This document shows, piece after piece, positions 12,294-22,255 of a stretch of DNA of 64,000 bases; the first letter of the stretch is position 1, and each line of letters starts with the position of its first letter. Below the pieces are notes generated by a model. That model saw only the letters and a program-made list of their open reading frames with translations, was not told the origin of the DNA and did not search any database. Origin of the DNA: an uncultured Gammaproteobacteria bacterium (lineage in GTDB: Bacteria; Pseudomonadota; Gammaproteobacteria; CAWCPV01). The DNA lies in assembly GCA_963797555.1 (NCBI GenBank), contig CAWCPV010000002.1, positions 64,001 to 128,000 on the forward strand. Reading direction: 5' to 3'. A program made the translations under genes and the position numbers.

Positions 12294-14751
12294 ATGAGCC
12301 CGGGCGACAGCCTTCCCCGCCCGGCGGGCCGGGACAAGCCCTTTCCGGCGCGGGTCGCCGTCGCGGTGGCACTGGTGTCCGCGGCCGTTCTCGCGTACGA
12401 GGTACTGCTCACCCGTCTGTTCACCATCATCCAGTGGCACCACTTCGCATACATGATCATCAGCCTGGCACTGCTCGGCTTCGGTGCCAGCGGGACTTTT
12501 CTCTCCTATGCCCAGGGAGCGCTGCTGCAGCGCTTCCGAGCCGCGTTCGCCACCAACGCCGCCTGCTTCGGACTGGGGAGCGTAACGGCCTTCGCGCTCG
12601 CCGAGCGCATCCCGTTCAATCCGCTCGAGCTGTTCTGGGACCTACGCCAGCCTCTCTACCTGCTCGGCGTCTTCGGCTTGCTGAGTGTCCCGTTCTTTTG
12701 CGCCGCCAATGCCATCGGGCTGGCCCTCGCCCGCCTGCGAGGACACATTCCCGCAGTCTATTGTGCGGACTTGGCGGGGGCAGGCGCTGGCGCCATCGGC
12801 AGCCTGACCTTGCTGTTCTGGCTGGCTCCCGACCGTGCGCTGCTCGTGGTCGGGAGTCTCGGGCTGCTCGCCGGGGCACTCGGCGCGCCGGGGCGCCGGG
12901 CGCCAGCCGCGCTGGTGACTGCAGCCCTTTGCCTCCCGGTGGGCTGGCCCGACGCCTGGCTCGGGGTGACCCCGTCCCCCTACAAGCCGCTGAGCGTCGC
13001 ACTCCACGTCAAGGGCGCTCGGGTACTACAGGAACTATCCAGCCCGCTGGGGGTGCTCACCGTGGTGGAGAACGCCGTGGTTCCTCCGCGCCATGCGCCG
13101 GGCCTCAGCCTTCGTAGCCAGGCCGTGCCCCCGGCTCAACTGGAGATATACACCGACGCCGATGCCCCCACGGCCATCAGTCATTTCGACGGGCGCGCGG
13201 AGAGCGTCGCCTATCTCGATGAGCTGACCTCCGCCCTGCCGTACCACCTCGTGCACCGGCCCAAAGTGCTGGTGCTGGGGGCCGGCGGCGGCAGTGACGT
13301 CCTCCAGGCCATCGCGGCCGGTGCGCGGGCGGTCACTGCCGTCGAGATCAACCCCCAAATGGTGCGCTTGGTGCGCAAGGATTACGGCGCCTTCGCCGGC
13401 CACTTGTATGACCGTGACGACGTGCGCGTGGTGGTGAGCGAGGCCCGCACCTTCGTCGAGGGCAGTCGGGAGCGCTTCGATCTGATCCAGCTAGCGCTGG
13501 TGGACTCGTCCGGCGCCGCGGGAGCCGGCCTGTATGCTTTGAACGAGAGCTACATCTACACGGTGGATGCGTTGCGGACCTATGTGGCACATCTGCGGCC
13601 CGGCGGGCTGCTTGCAATCACCCGCTGGCTGAATCTACCGCCGCGCGACTGCGTCAAGCTGTTCGCAACGGCGGCGGAGGCGCTGGGCGGCTCCAGCCCT
13701 GCGCCGGCCGCGGGTCGCCTCGCCCTAGTGCGAAGCTGGCGGACCTGCACGCTGCTGGTCAAGAACGGTCTGCTGCGTGCCGCCGACACCCTCGCGATCC
13801 GGGACTTCTGCCGCACCAGGGGTTTCGACGTCGCGTACTATCCCGGCATCCGCCCGCAGGAGGTCAACCACTATAACCTGCTCCCACAGCCCTACCTCTA
13901 CCAGGCAGCGGTGTCCCTGCTCGGGTCTCGGCGAGACCAGTTCCTCGCGGGGTACAAGTTCGAACGTCAGACCCGCTACCGATAACCGTCCGTATTTCTT
14001 CCACTTCTTCCGCTGGAGCGCATTGCCGGAGCTGATTGAGCTTCCAGCCCGCGGCGGCCTAGCGCTCATGGAGTGGGGCTACGTGGTCCTGGTCGCCACC
14101 CTGGCGCAGGCCCTCCTCCTCGGTGTGGCGCTGATCCTGCTGCCCCTGTGGAGCCGTCGAGTCAGCGCTGCAGGGCATATGCGCTTGGGAGTCGCCAGTT
14201 ACTTCACTACGCTCGGTCTGGCTTTCCTGTTCATGGAGATCAGTTTCATTCAGAGGTTCGTCTTATACCTCGGGGCACCCCTCTACGCGGTCTCCGTCGT
14301 CGTCGCCGGTTTCCTGCTCTTCGCCAGCCTCGGAAGCCTCGGCTCCGTGCACCTCCAAGCGCGTCTGGGGCGCATCTCGGCCATCACCGCCGCCGTTGCC
14401 GCTATCGCCCTGCTGTGCCCCGGCTACCTCGTCCTTTCGCCGGCACTGCTGCACGTGTTGCCGGCGCTCCCGGAGCCGCTCAGGATCGCCGCCGCGCTCG
14501 CGCTCCTCGCGCCGCTCGCCTTCTTCATGGGCATGCCCTTCCCCTTGGGGCTCCAGCGGGTGGCGTGTGCAGCCCCTCCCCTGATCCCGTGGGCTTGGGC
14601 CATCAACGGCTGCGCCTCGGTCGTGGGCGCGGTCGGTGCAACCTGGCTGAGTGTCCACTTCGGATTCGCGGCAGTCGTGCTGCTGGCCGCAGCCCTGTAT
14701 GCCGTAGCAGCGGCCTCCCAGGGGCTGCTGCAACCCGTCCCCGGCGGATAA
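12294..14751 (+). CDS. Multi-TM spermidine-synthase-like SAM-binding membrane protein, split by +1 frameshift near 13963
   Basis: TM bundles flank VLVLGAGGGSD / AVEINP; removing one base from TTCGAACGTC joins ...GYKF to xVRPATDNRPYFF. Confidence 0.8.
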
Positions 14752-14821
14752 CGCTGCTTCGCGAATCGTTCTGGGAACGGGCACACGCGACGCTCGGGCG
14801 GGCACGTCCCGCAGGCGACCG

Positions 14822-15487
14822 CTACAGGGTGTCCCAGCCGGATCTCCGACGCCAGTGCAAGTGTGGCACAAGGACGCCGATCAACGTCCCGAGCAGCAGC
14901 ACCCCGGCCCCCACCAGGAACCAGTCCCGGGCCGTGCGGTCGCGCAGCTTGGCATTCTCCTGTTGCACTGACTGCAGATCCCGTTCCGTGTTGAGCACCT
15001 GCTCCTTCAACGCGCGGTTCTCAGCCTCGATGGTCAGGGCGTTGGCAGCGGTCTCACGGATGCTGGTCAGTCTTTGACTCGCGCGCCGGGTCTCCTCCAC
15101 GGCGTGCTGACGCTGTTTGTCGAGGTCGTTCTTCTGCTGTGTCAGCAGGCTAATCTGCGCTTTCAGTTGATGGTTCTCGATCTGGAGCGCCGCCACCCGC
15201 TGCTCCGCCTGCGCGATGCGCTCAGTGGCGCTCGGCGTGCTCGACAGGAAGCGTGTCAGCAGCCAACCCTCGACCCCGCTCGCCGTGCGGACCCTCGAGT
15301 AACCGTCCGGATCCGTCTCCAGGACCGCCACACGCGTGCCGCTGGGCAACATACGCAGGATATTGTGCTTGATGCTCTTGCCCGAACGGAGCGTGATCTC
15401 CAACTTGTCGCTCACGTAGCGCACGGTGTCCGGGAACCCGAGGCTCGGCCAAAGGAGCAGCAGCAACAGGAAGCCAGAAGTCCTCAC
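14822..15487 (-). CDS. SH3-domain coiled-coil membrane protein (TIGR04211/YgiM-like)
   Basis: Signal peptide, YVSD.L.ITLRSG, EGW, coiled coil, C-terminal WF..GAGV TM. Confidence 0.88.
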   Translation of the reverse strand: MRTSGFLLLLLLWPSLGFPDTVRYVSDKLEITLRSGKSIKHNILRMLPSGTRVAVLETDPDGYSRVRTASGVEGWLLTRFLSSTPSATERIAQAEQRVAALQIENHQLKAQISLLTQQKNDLDKQRQHAVEETRRASQRLTSIRETAANALTIEAENRALKEQVLNTERDLQSVQQENAKLRDRTARDWFLVGAGVLLLGTLIGVLVPHLHWRRRSGWDTL

Positions 15488-15613
15488 TCGTTTGTGCGCG
15501 CCGAAGAGATGTTGGAGTGCAGTAGCCTATTCTATCCACAGCTCTCGGCTGCCATCCATCCTTTATGCGGCAAGAGACGGCATCGCGCAGCCCGACGACC
15601 GGCGCACAGGCAG

Positions 15614-15646
15614 AAAAAGGCCCCGCCGGTCGAGACCGGCGGGGCC
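15614..15646 (-). terminator. Rho-independent terminator of the porin gene
   Basis: GC-rich hairpin GGCCCCGCCGGTC...GACCGGCGGGGCC followed by TTTTT on minus strand. Confidence 0.85.
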
Positions 15647-15681
15647 GAGAGGCAGGTGTTCAGCCCTTTGCGGGTTCTTGT

Positions 15682-16851
15682 CTAAAACGTGTGATCGATG
15701 CCCATCGTCCAGCGACTCTCGTCCTTGCCAAACGGGCCATTCGGTGAGCTTGCCTGCGTGTTGTTGAGGTTGTATGCGGTGTAACCGGCGTAGAGGTCGG
15801 TCCGCTTGCTCAGCCACTGCCTGACACCGAACACCCAGCCCTTGGTGCTGTTCAAAGTGAACGGCTCGCCGGTCGCCACGATCCGGCCCGTCGAGTCGCC
15901 GACCTGGCCGTACTCCAGGACCAGCATCGTGTTGCCGAACTTGTAGCTGCCGCCCACCTCCCAGGTATTGCCGCCGTTGCCGCTGACCACCGGGACAGTC
16001 GGGCTGCCCCCGGCGGGGAAGCGCGCCTCAAACTTGTCGGCGTACCTGGCCTGCGTGATGAGCCCGGCGTCCCACTCGTACTGACCGAACAGAGCGAACT
16101 GCGCGTAGTCGAACTTGCCGCCGATCTTGTACGCGTTCCCCTTGACGCCCTGGAACGCGCCGGTGGAAAGGTTCTCGGCCTGGGGCAGATTGCCGTTGAT
16201 GTAGTCGAAGAAGCCGAGCAGGGGGCCGTTGCTGTAGTGCAGACCGAGGCCGTAGGCGGCGTCGTTCGCAGAGGTCTGATCCAGGCCCCCATAACCGACC
16301 AGCTTCAGGCCCATGAAGTCGGGACTCTCGTAGTTGATGGCTTGGGTCTCGCGACCGCCGAACTTGGTGGCGCCGCGCTGCAGCTCCGACTGGATGCCCG
16401 GGAATTCACGGGCCTGCAGCGAGGTCTCGTACAGCGGGTCGATCGCTTTGCCGCTCGCCTTGTAGCCGGTCGAGAGGGTGCCAAACACCAGCCGTCCGAA
16501 GTTACCCGCCAACCCGACCCACTGGTCCTGGTCGACCAGGGTGTTGGTCTGGCCGGGATACTGCGTGATGGTGGGGTTGATTTCCCACGCGAAGTTGAAG
16601 ATGGCCTTCAGACCATTCCCCAGGTCCTCGCTGCCCTTGAAGCCGAACTTGGACTGATTGCTGGCCATGTAAGTGTTCTGCTGACCGAGGTCGATGGGCG
16701 CATTGTTGTCCCCGTTGATGCTGAGACGCGCCTCACCGAACAGCGTTACATCCGCCTGGGCGGCGCCGGCCCCGAACAGGGCCGCAGCAACTCCGAGCCC
16801 AATCGCGCCGCGCCGGACTGCTACATAGCGATTGTCACTTTGATTTGTCAT
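15682..16851 (-). CDS. Gram-negative general porin (Porin_4 type)
   Basis: Signal peptide AQA-DVTLFG, SKFGFKGSEDLGNGLKAIF, LSKRTDLYA, C-terminal Phe. Confidence 0.92.
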   Translation of the reverse strand: MTNQSDNRYVAVRRGAIGLGVAAALFGAGAAQADVTLFGEARLSINGDNNAPIDLGQQNTYMASNQSKFGFKGSEDLGNGLKAIFNFAWEINPTITQYPGQTNTLVDQDQWVGLAGNFGRLVFGTLSTGYKASGKAIDPLYETSLQAREFPGIQSELQRGATKFGGRETQAINYESPDFMGLKLVGYGGLDQTSANDAAYGLGLHYSNGPLLGFFDYINGNLPQAENLSTGAFQGVKGNAYKIGGKFDYAQFALFGQYEWDAGLITQARYADKFEARFPAGGSPTVPVVSGNGGNTWEVGGSYKFGNTMLVLEYGQVGDSTGRIVATGEPFTLNSTKGWVFGVRQWLSKRTDLYAGYTAYNLNNTQASSPNGPFGKDESRWTMGIDHTF

Positions 16852-17072
16852 GGCTTTGCTCCAGACTGAAGGGTGCCTAAGTTCTAGACGAGAAGTCTAT
16901 TCGTTGCGTGTTTGACACAGACAAGCATAGCGGTGGCCCCTGTTGTTCGCAACAATACAACGCTCGAAGTCAATCACCTGGCTCTTTAGTCCACCAGCGC
17001 ATGGCGCTTGTCATCAGTGTTGCGTTGAATCCACTGCTGCGTTGTATGATGTCCCAGGAATCTTTCAGTATG

Positions 17073-17165
17073 ATGACGAGCGCGTGACAAGCCGCTGACA
17101 ACCGACAGACTGACCGCACACGTTGTCTGGCCGCCGCTGCACACATACCTTCATGGAACTGTCAC
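17073..17165. promoter_or_regulatory. In-phase 11-bp Pho-box-like repeats between porin and DUF5132 gene
   Basis: Minus strand GTCAG-N6-GTCAC-N6-GTCAT (17099-17073); plus strand TTCAT-GGAACT-GTCAC (17150-17165); all positions congruent mod 11. Confidence 0.55.
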
Positions 17166-17215
17166 ACGGATGTGGTTTCATGCTCGCTTGTTCTGCCGAC
17201 CAGCTCAGGCGCGCC

Positions 17216-17506
17216 ATGCCATCGGTCGAAAGCCTCACCAAAGACAGCGGGTTGACTGGCCTCGCCCTGGGTATCGGCACCGCTCTTGCCGTCGCCTGGG
17301 TGCTGCCCGCAATCGGGGCGGTCGCCCGACCGGTCGCAAAGGCGGCCATCAAGTCCGTCCTCTCGACCTATGCCAAGGTACTGGAAGGCGCGGCCGAGCT
17401 GGGTGAGTCCCTCGATGACTTGGTGGCAGAAGCGCGCGCCGAGATGGCGTCGGGATCGAATCCGCCGGCCTCGGCGCACGGACCGTCCGCACGTGCGCAA
17501 TCCTAG
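17216..17506 (+). CDS. DUF5132-like small membrane protein (FezA-like)
   Basis: GLALGIG hydrophobic GxxxG segment, RPVAKAAIK, E.LDDLVAEARAE. Confidence 0.8.
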   Translation: MPSVESLTKDSGLTGLALGIGTALAVAWVLPAIGAVARPVAKAAIKSVLSTYAKVLEGAAELGESLDDLVAEARAEMASGSNPPASAHGPSARAQS

Positions 17507-19032
17507 CAGCCTGTCGGACTTGAGCTTCCCAAGACCATCCCAAACCGTTTCAGTGTTGCTTTGGCACCAAAATGGGCGATTTAGGGCCGGAATTTGGCCA
17601 TTTTTCCGCCAACTTCCCGGTTACAGACGCAATGCGGCCATGCGTTTTAGATTCCAGGCGAGACACACCAGCGTCCATTCGGCTTGGACGTTTTGCAGGC
17701 CACGCAGCAGGAATTGGCGAAATCCCATCACCGACTTGATGATACCGAAGACCGGCTCCACGGTTTGCTTGCGTAGGGCATAGTCCGCTTTGCCTTGGCG
17801 TGTCTTGAGCCTGTGCTTCATCGTCTCCAGCGGCCCCGCCTTTTCCGGCAGTGGCGGCGGCTCGCTGAAGCGTTCCGTCCAATGGGGATGATGCCCCTCC
17901 CGGCCTACCGCGATGAGCGGTTGGATCTCAGCCTGCTGGCAAGCGGCAACGTTGTGCTCGCTGAAGTAACCGGCGTCGGCCAGAAGCTTCTCGGGCTGAT
18001 TCAGCCCCTCGGGCAGGGCTTGGAGTTTTCCGACCATCGGCTCGACCTGCTCTTTGTCGTTGGCCGCTTGGGTGACGTGGGCGAGAACCACCAGCATCGT
18101 CTCGCTGTCCACCAGCGCTTGGGCGTTGTAGCTCTGCTCGAAGCCGCCGCCCGCCACGGGCATGATGCGGGATTCTTGGTCGGTCAGGTTGATCTGGTCT
18201 TCGGCACGTGGCCCGGGCTGGGGCGGCTTCGGCTCCTTGCCAGCGGGTTTCTTGCCGCTTGCCGCGGCCTTGGCCGCACGGGCGGCCACCTTGGCTTCAT
18301 AGTCGGCCTGCTCGCGCGCGAAACGTTCCTGGGCGCGTGCCTCGATCTTGGCCTTGGCCTCGGCGATGGCCGCAAGACGGTCCTGCCGGCGCTGCAGTTC
18401 TTCCGGAAGGCTCATCCCGTCCGCCACCGCCGTTTGGTCAGCTTGTTCGGCCAGTGCGAGCAGCTCTTGGACCTCGGCCTTGAGTTGGGCCTCGATCTGC
18501 TCGGCGTGGCCGTAAGACAAGGCACTGTGCCGGCTGGCGTTGGCGTGCAGCTTGGTGCCGTCCAGGCTGACCGTGCCGAAGCGGCTGATCTGGTTCTCTC
18601 GTGCCACTTGCAGGACCTGCACAAAGGCCGCTTCGAATTGCTTGCCAAAGCGCCGCCGAAAACTCGCCAGGGTGTCGTGGTCGGGATGCTGGTTACAGGC
18701 GATGAACCGAAAGGCCAGCGAATCGTAGGTCGCCCGCTCGATCTTGCGGCTGGAGAAGCTGCCCGTGGCATAACCGTATATCAGCAGCGACAGCAGCAGC
18801 GCCGGGTGGTAGGCCGCGCTTCCGTTGCCGGCATAGGCGCGCTCCAGCTCGCCAAGGGCCAGTCCTTCGACCACCTCCACTACGTAGCGCGCCAGGTGGG
18901 CCTCGGGCAGCCAGTCCTGCACCGACGGCGGCAACAGAAAGTCCGTGTCACGGTCAATCGGGCGAAAGCGGCTCATCTCAAAACTCCTCGGGGCAGTGGC
19001 CGCTATTGTACAGGGCTAAGTCCGACAGGCTG
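17507..19032 (-). mobile_element. IS1182-family element A
   Basis: IRs CAGCCTGTCGGACTT / AAGTCCGACAGGCTG, CTAG direct repeats at 17503-17506 and 19033-19036. Confidence 0.92.
17621..18976 (-). CDS. IS1182-family transposase
   Basis: SSRKIE, PDHDTL, LDGTK..ANAS, ADAGY, RKQTVEPVFG..K. Confidence 0.93.
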   Translation of the reverse strand: MSRFRPIDRDTDFLLPPSVQDWLPEAHLARYVVEVVEGLALGELERAYAGNGSAAYHPALLLSLLIYGYATGSFSSRKIERATYDSLAFRFIACNQHPDHDTLASFRRRFGKQFEAAFVQVLQVARENQISRFGTVSLDGTKLHANASRHSALSYGHAEQIEAQLKAEVQELLALAEQADQTAVADGMSLPEELQRRQDRLAAIAEAKAKIEARAQERFAREQADYEAKVAARAAKAAASGKKPAGKEPKPPQPGPRAEDQINLTDQESRIMPVAGGGFEQSYNAQALVDSETMLVVLAHVTQAANDKEQVEPMVGKLQALPEGLNQPEKLLADAGYFSEHNVAACQQAEIQPLIAVGREGHHPHWTERFSEPPPLPEKAGPLETMKHRLKTRQGKADYALRKQTVEPVFGIIKSVMGFRQFLLRGLQNVQAEWTLVCLAWNLKRMAALRL

Positions 19033-19194
19033 CTAGGACGCCAAAGCCCGAGCGTTGCGGTGCGGCGTGCCCGTGGGGCGCCGGCTGACGCCGATGTCAG
19101 ATAGCAGCCACCGAGGGCAACCATGACCGATCCAGAGCATTTCGCCGCCGCTGGGAAGCGCACCGGTTCAACCAAGAAGACGAGGAGACCAGGA

Positions 19195-19842
19195 ATGGGT
19201 ACGGACTCTACGAAGAGTGAAGAGCTCACGAGGCCGTCACCGGCCGAAGCGATCCAGCCCGTCAGCAAGGCAGGCACTACCGTCAAGGAAGGGATCGTGG
19301 GAAGTCTGAAGGGCATCGACGAGATCGAGGCGCAGATCGTCAGCTTGGTGAGGAACACGGTTTCGTATGCCGTACGGGCCACCGGCGGGATCGCATCCGA
19401 AACGCTGAGCATTACCAAGGACGTGGTGGTCGGTGCGCTGTCCGCCACCGAGGAGGTAGGTGCCGGCCTTACCCTCAGCACCAAGAGCGTCGCCAAGGGC
19501 ATCGTGATGGGGGTAAGCAACGTCGGTGGGGACGTCATCGCCGTGGCCGCCGAGATTGTGAAGGCGGCGGTCAGAGGCGCTTCGGAAGTCGGCGCGGACG
19601 TGGGCATGGTCGCCAAACGGGCGGTCGACGGCGTGGTGGAGGCCGTCACCGAAACCGGCGGGAACGTCGCCGATGTGGCGACGGCGGCAGCGAGCGGCGC
19701 GGTGGAGGCAGCCGCCGCCATCGGTAACACCGCCGTCCGTGCGGTCAGAGACATGACCCTCGGGATCGCAGAGGGCATCAAGGAGGTGGCTGGCGCCATC
19801 CTGCCCAAACCCCGGCAGGGGCCGCCCAATCAATCGGGCTGA
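19195..19842 (+). CDS. Hypothetical Ala/Val/Gly-rich protein with 22-residue repeats
   Basis: Codon usage like neighbours, AGGAG upstream; clear 22-aa periodicity. Confidence 0.75.
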   Translation: MGTDSTKSEELTRPSPAEAIQPVSKAGTTVKEGIVGSLKGIDEIEAQIVSLVRNTVSYAVRATGGIASETLSITKDVVVGALSATEEVGAGLTLSTKSVAKGIVMGVSNVGGDVIAVAAEIVKAAVRGASEVGADVGMVAKRAVDGVVEAVTETGGNVADVATAAASGAVEAAAAIGNTAVRAVRDMTLGIAEGIKEVAGAILPKPRQGPPNQSG

Positions 19843-20026
19843 GGCGCCGTCAGCCGCGACTTCCCATGTCCGCCAAGGGTCGCATCCAGTGCGGGCGCCC
19901 CACGCTCTTGGGCTCTTGCGGTAAACCGGTCCCCGGCGCTCGGTGTCCCGCCGCCCCACTCGGGGGCGCGGCGGCGCTTCGTGACGCGGTTGCCCGAGGG
20001 TTCGCCTGGGGAACTTTTTCAAAGTT

Positions 20027-20042
20027 TTCACGAAACTGAAAC
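20027..20042 (+). promoter_or_regulatory. Pho-box-like repeat upstream of HMA2 gene
   Basis: TTCAC-GAAACT-GAAAC, 11-bp period, in an AT-rich patch. Confidence 0.4.
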
Positions 20043-20099
20043 ACTGTGTTGATTTAATACCCAAGGTCGACAGCCAGCACATCACGGAGAGAAGACTCC

Positions 20100-20483
20100 A
20101 TGACAGCCTACATCCATCATGTTCCCGGCAGGCTGCGGGTGCGCTCTGCACAGATCAAGGGTAATCCGCATCGTGCGGCCGCCGTGCAGCGCACACTGCT
20201 GCAGACCGCCGGGCTGTTGTCCGCGGAGGTGAGCACGACCACCGGCAGCGTGGTCATCCATTACGACCCGCAGCGGGTCGATTCCGACACTCTTCTGGGC
20301 CCTTTCAAGGATGCGGGATGCGTGTCCCCCGACGCCAGCCTAAACACCTCCACCGGGCGTATCGAGTCGGCAGCGGCGAACGAACCCTACGCCTGGGGCC
20401 TGATCGGCAAGGCCGTCGCCGGCGTCGTCCTGGAGAAGCTGGTCGAGCATTCCGCCACTGCGCTGATCGGGGCCATCATCTAG
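20100..20483 (+). CDS. HMA2-domain protein (FezC/fez accessory-like)
   Basis: YIHHVPGRLRVR, TTGSVVIHYDP, C-terminal hydrophobic GKAVAG...LIGAII. Confidence 0.82.
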   Translation: MTAYIHHVPGRLRVRSAQIKGNPHRAAAVQRTLLQTAGLLSAEVSTTTGSVVIHYDPQRVDSDTLLGPFKDAGCVSPDASLNTSTGRIESAAANEPYAWGLIGKAVAGVVLEKLVEHSATALIGAII

Positions 20484-20966
20484 TGTAGTGCTTCATTCTG
20501 TTTAGAACTTAAACGTGCGTTGGCGCGGATGACCTTCTGCAGGATGTCCTTAGCCTTGGCGGTCCAGATGAAGGGTTTGGGATTGGCGTTGTGGGCATCG
20601 ACATAGCGGTTGATGGCAGGGATCAACTCGGGGACGCTTCGAAACACGCCACGGCGCAACCGATCCACAGTCAGGTCGCGGAAGAATCGCTCGACCATGT
20701 TCAACCAGGATGCTGAGGTGGGCGTGAAATGGATGTGGAAACGCGGGTGTTTTCCCAGCCATTTCTGAACGTTGGGATGTTTGTGGGTGGCGTAGTTGTC
20801 GCAGACCAAGTGCAGTTCCTTGTCCTTGGGCGTCTCGCGGTCGATTTGGCGCAGGAAGGTGAGCCACTCCGTGTGGCGATGGTGCGGCTCGCAGCGGGCA
20901 ATCACGGAACCCTCCAAGGTGTTCAGGGCAGCAAACAGTGTTGTGGTGCCATGGCGCTTGTAGTCA
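20483..20966 (-). mobile_element. Truncated IS630 (3' third of the element at 33297-34457)
   Basis: Near-identical to 33297-33780, same end TAGTGTAGTGCTT; breaks off at TAGTCA 20966. Confidence 0.92.
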
Positions 20967-21067
20967 ACACAGATGCATCCCACCCACCGGCGCTGACTCC
21001 GCCCCTTGAGCGGCGAAGGCCTCGCTCCTCGCCGATTTCCCCAAGGGTTGCGAGCCCTTTCGGCGCC

Positions 21068-22255
21068 TCAGCCGAGCCTTCCTACCCTATCGGTCATTTC
21101 CCAGGGCAGACCGATGTCCATTCGTCCCATATGTCCGTACGTCGCGAGCCTGCTGTAGAAACGCCCCTTGAAAGCTGCGGGCAGCCTGCGCAAATTGAAG
21201 GTCCGGACGATCCCGGCGGGCCGCAGGTCGAAGTTCCGCTCGACCAGGGCACCGATCTCGCCGTCCGGAACGCGACCGGTGCCGAAGGTCTCCACCTGGA
21301 TGCTCACTGGCCGGGACAGGCCGACCGTGTAGCTGAGCTGCAGCTCGCACTCCTGTGCGAGCCCCGCCGCCACGATATTCTTGGCCGCATGGCGCGCGGC
21401 ATAGGCGCCCACCCGGTCGATGCGCGTGGGGTCCTTCCCGCTCAGAGCCGCCCCGCTATGCCGGGAGTACTCGCCGTAAGTGTCGATGGCGTTCTTGCGC
21501 CCGGTCAGCCCCGAATGCACCGTCGGACCACCCACGAGCAGCGGACCCCCGGGGTTTACGAATAGGCGCGTGCTGACATCCGGGCGTAACTCTTCGTCGA
21601 CGAAAGCGGGCTTCACCACCAACTCGATCAGGTCGTCCCGGAGCCTGGTCGGCGAGGGGGTGTCCGCGCCGTACTGGCTGGCCACGAGGGTGATGCTGTG
21701 GATGCGCGAGGGCCTGCGCCCGCGGAACTCCACGCCCACCTGAGTCTTGCCGTCCGGCGCCAAGTACTCCAGGAGACCCTTGAGACGCACGGCCGCGAGC
21801 TGCCTGGCGAGCTTGTGGGCCAGCCAGATCGGCAGGGGTACGAGGGCGCTGGTCTGGGTGCAGGCGAAGCCGAACACGGTAACCTGATTACGGGCCGGTA
21901 CCGCTTCAATTTCGTCCTCGGACAGCTCGGACTCATGTCCCCGCAGCTTTGGCCCGGCCGGCATCTCGTTGAAGCTCGTCATGATGCTGCAGGTCCCGGG
22001 GTTGAAGTCCTCACGGTCGTAGCCCACCTGGCGGATGACTTGGCGGGCGACCTCCGGAATGTCGACGCTCGCCCCCGAGTTGAAACGCGCCGCGATGAAC
22101 AGGATGCCCGTCGAGACGGCACACTCCACGCGGATCAACGAGAACGGGTCCTGCTCCAGAAAGCGGTCGACCACTGCGTCGCTCACTTGGTCGCACAGCT
22201 TGTCCGGGTGACCCTCGGTCACCGATTCCGAGGTGAACATGAAGTCGTCTCTCAT
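21068..22255 (-). CDS. metK: Divergent methionine adenosyltransferase (MetK) paralogue
   Basis: FTSESVTEGHPDK, DGK, GLTGRK, SGKD, YGHMG; several substrate-pocket residues non-canonical; ATG overlaps ATPase stop. Confidence 0.85.
   Translation of the reverse strand: MRDDFMFTSESVTEGHPDKLCDQVSDAVVDRFLEQDPFSLIRVECAVSTGILFIAARFNSGASVDIPEVARQVIRQVGYDREDFNPGTCSIMTSFNEMPAGPKLRGHESELSEDEIEAVPARNQVTVFGFACTQTSALVPLPIWLAHKLARQLAAVRLKGLLEYLAPDGKTQVGVEFRGRRPSRIHSITLVASQYGADTPSPTRLRDDLIELVVKPAFVDEELRPDVSTRLFVNPGGPLLVGGPTVHSGLTGRKNAIDTYGEYSRHSGAALSGKDPTRIDRVGAYAARHAAKNIVAAGLAQECELQLSYTVGLSRPVSIQVETFGTGRVPDGEIGALVERNFDLRPAGIVRTFNLRRLPAAFKGRFYSRLATYGHMGRMDIGLPWEMTDRVGRLG

Noticed and set aside
13950-13990. 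Programmed frameshift in the spermidine-synthase-like gene
   Set aside because: No slippery heptamer or stimulator; fits the window-wide pattern of 1-nt indels
17795-19036. 413-aa plus-strand ORF
   Set aside because: Antisense to the IS1182 transposase
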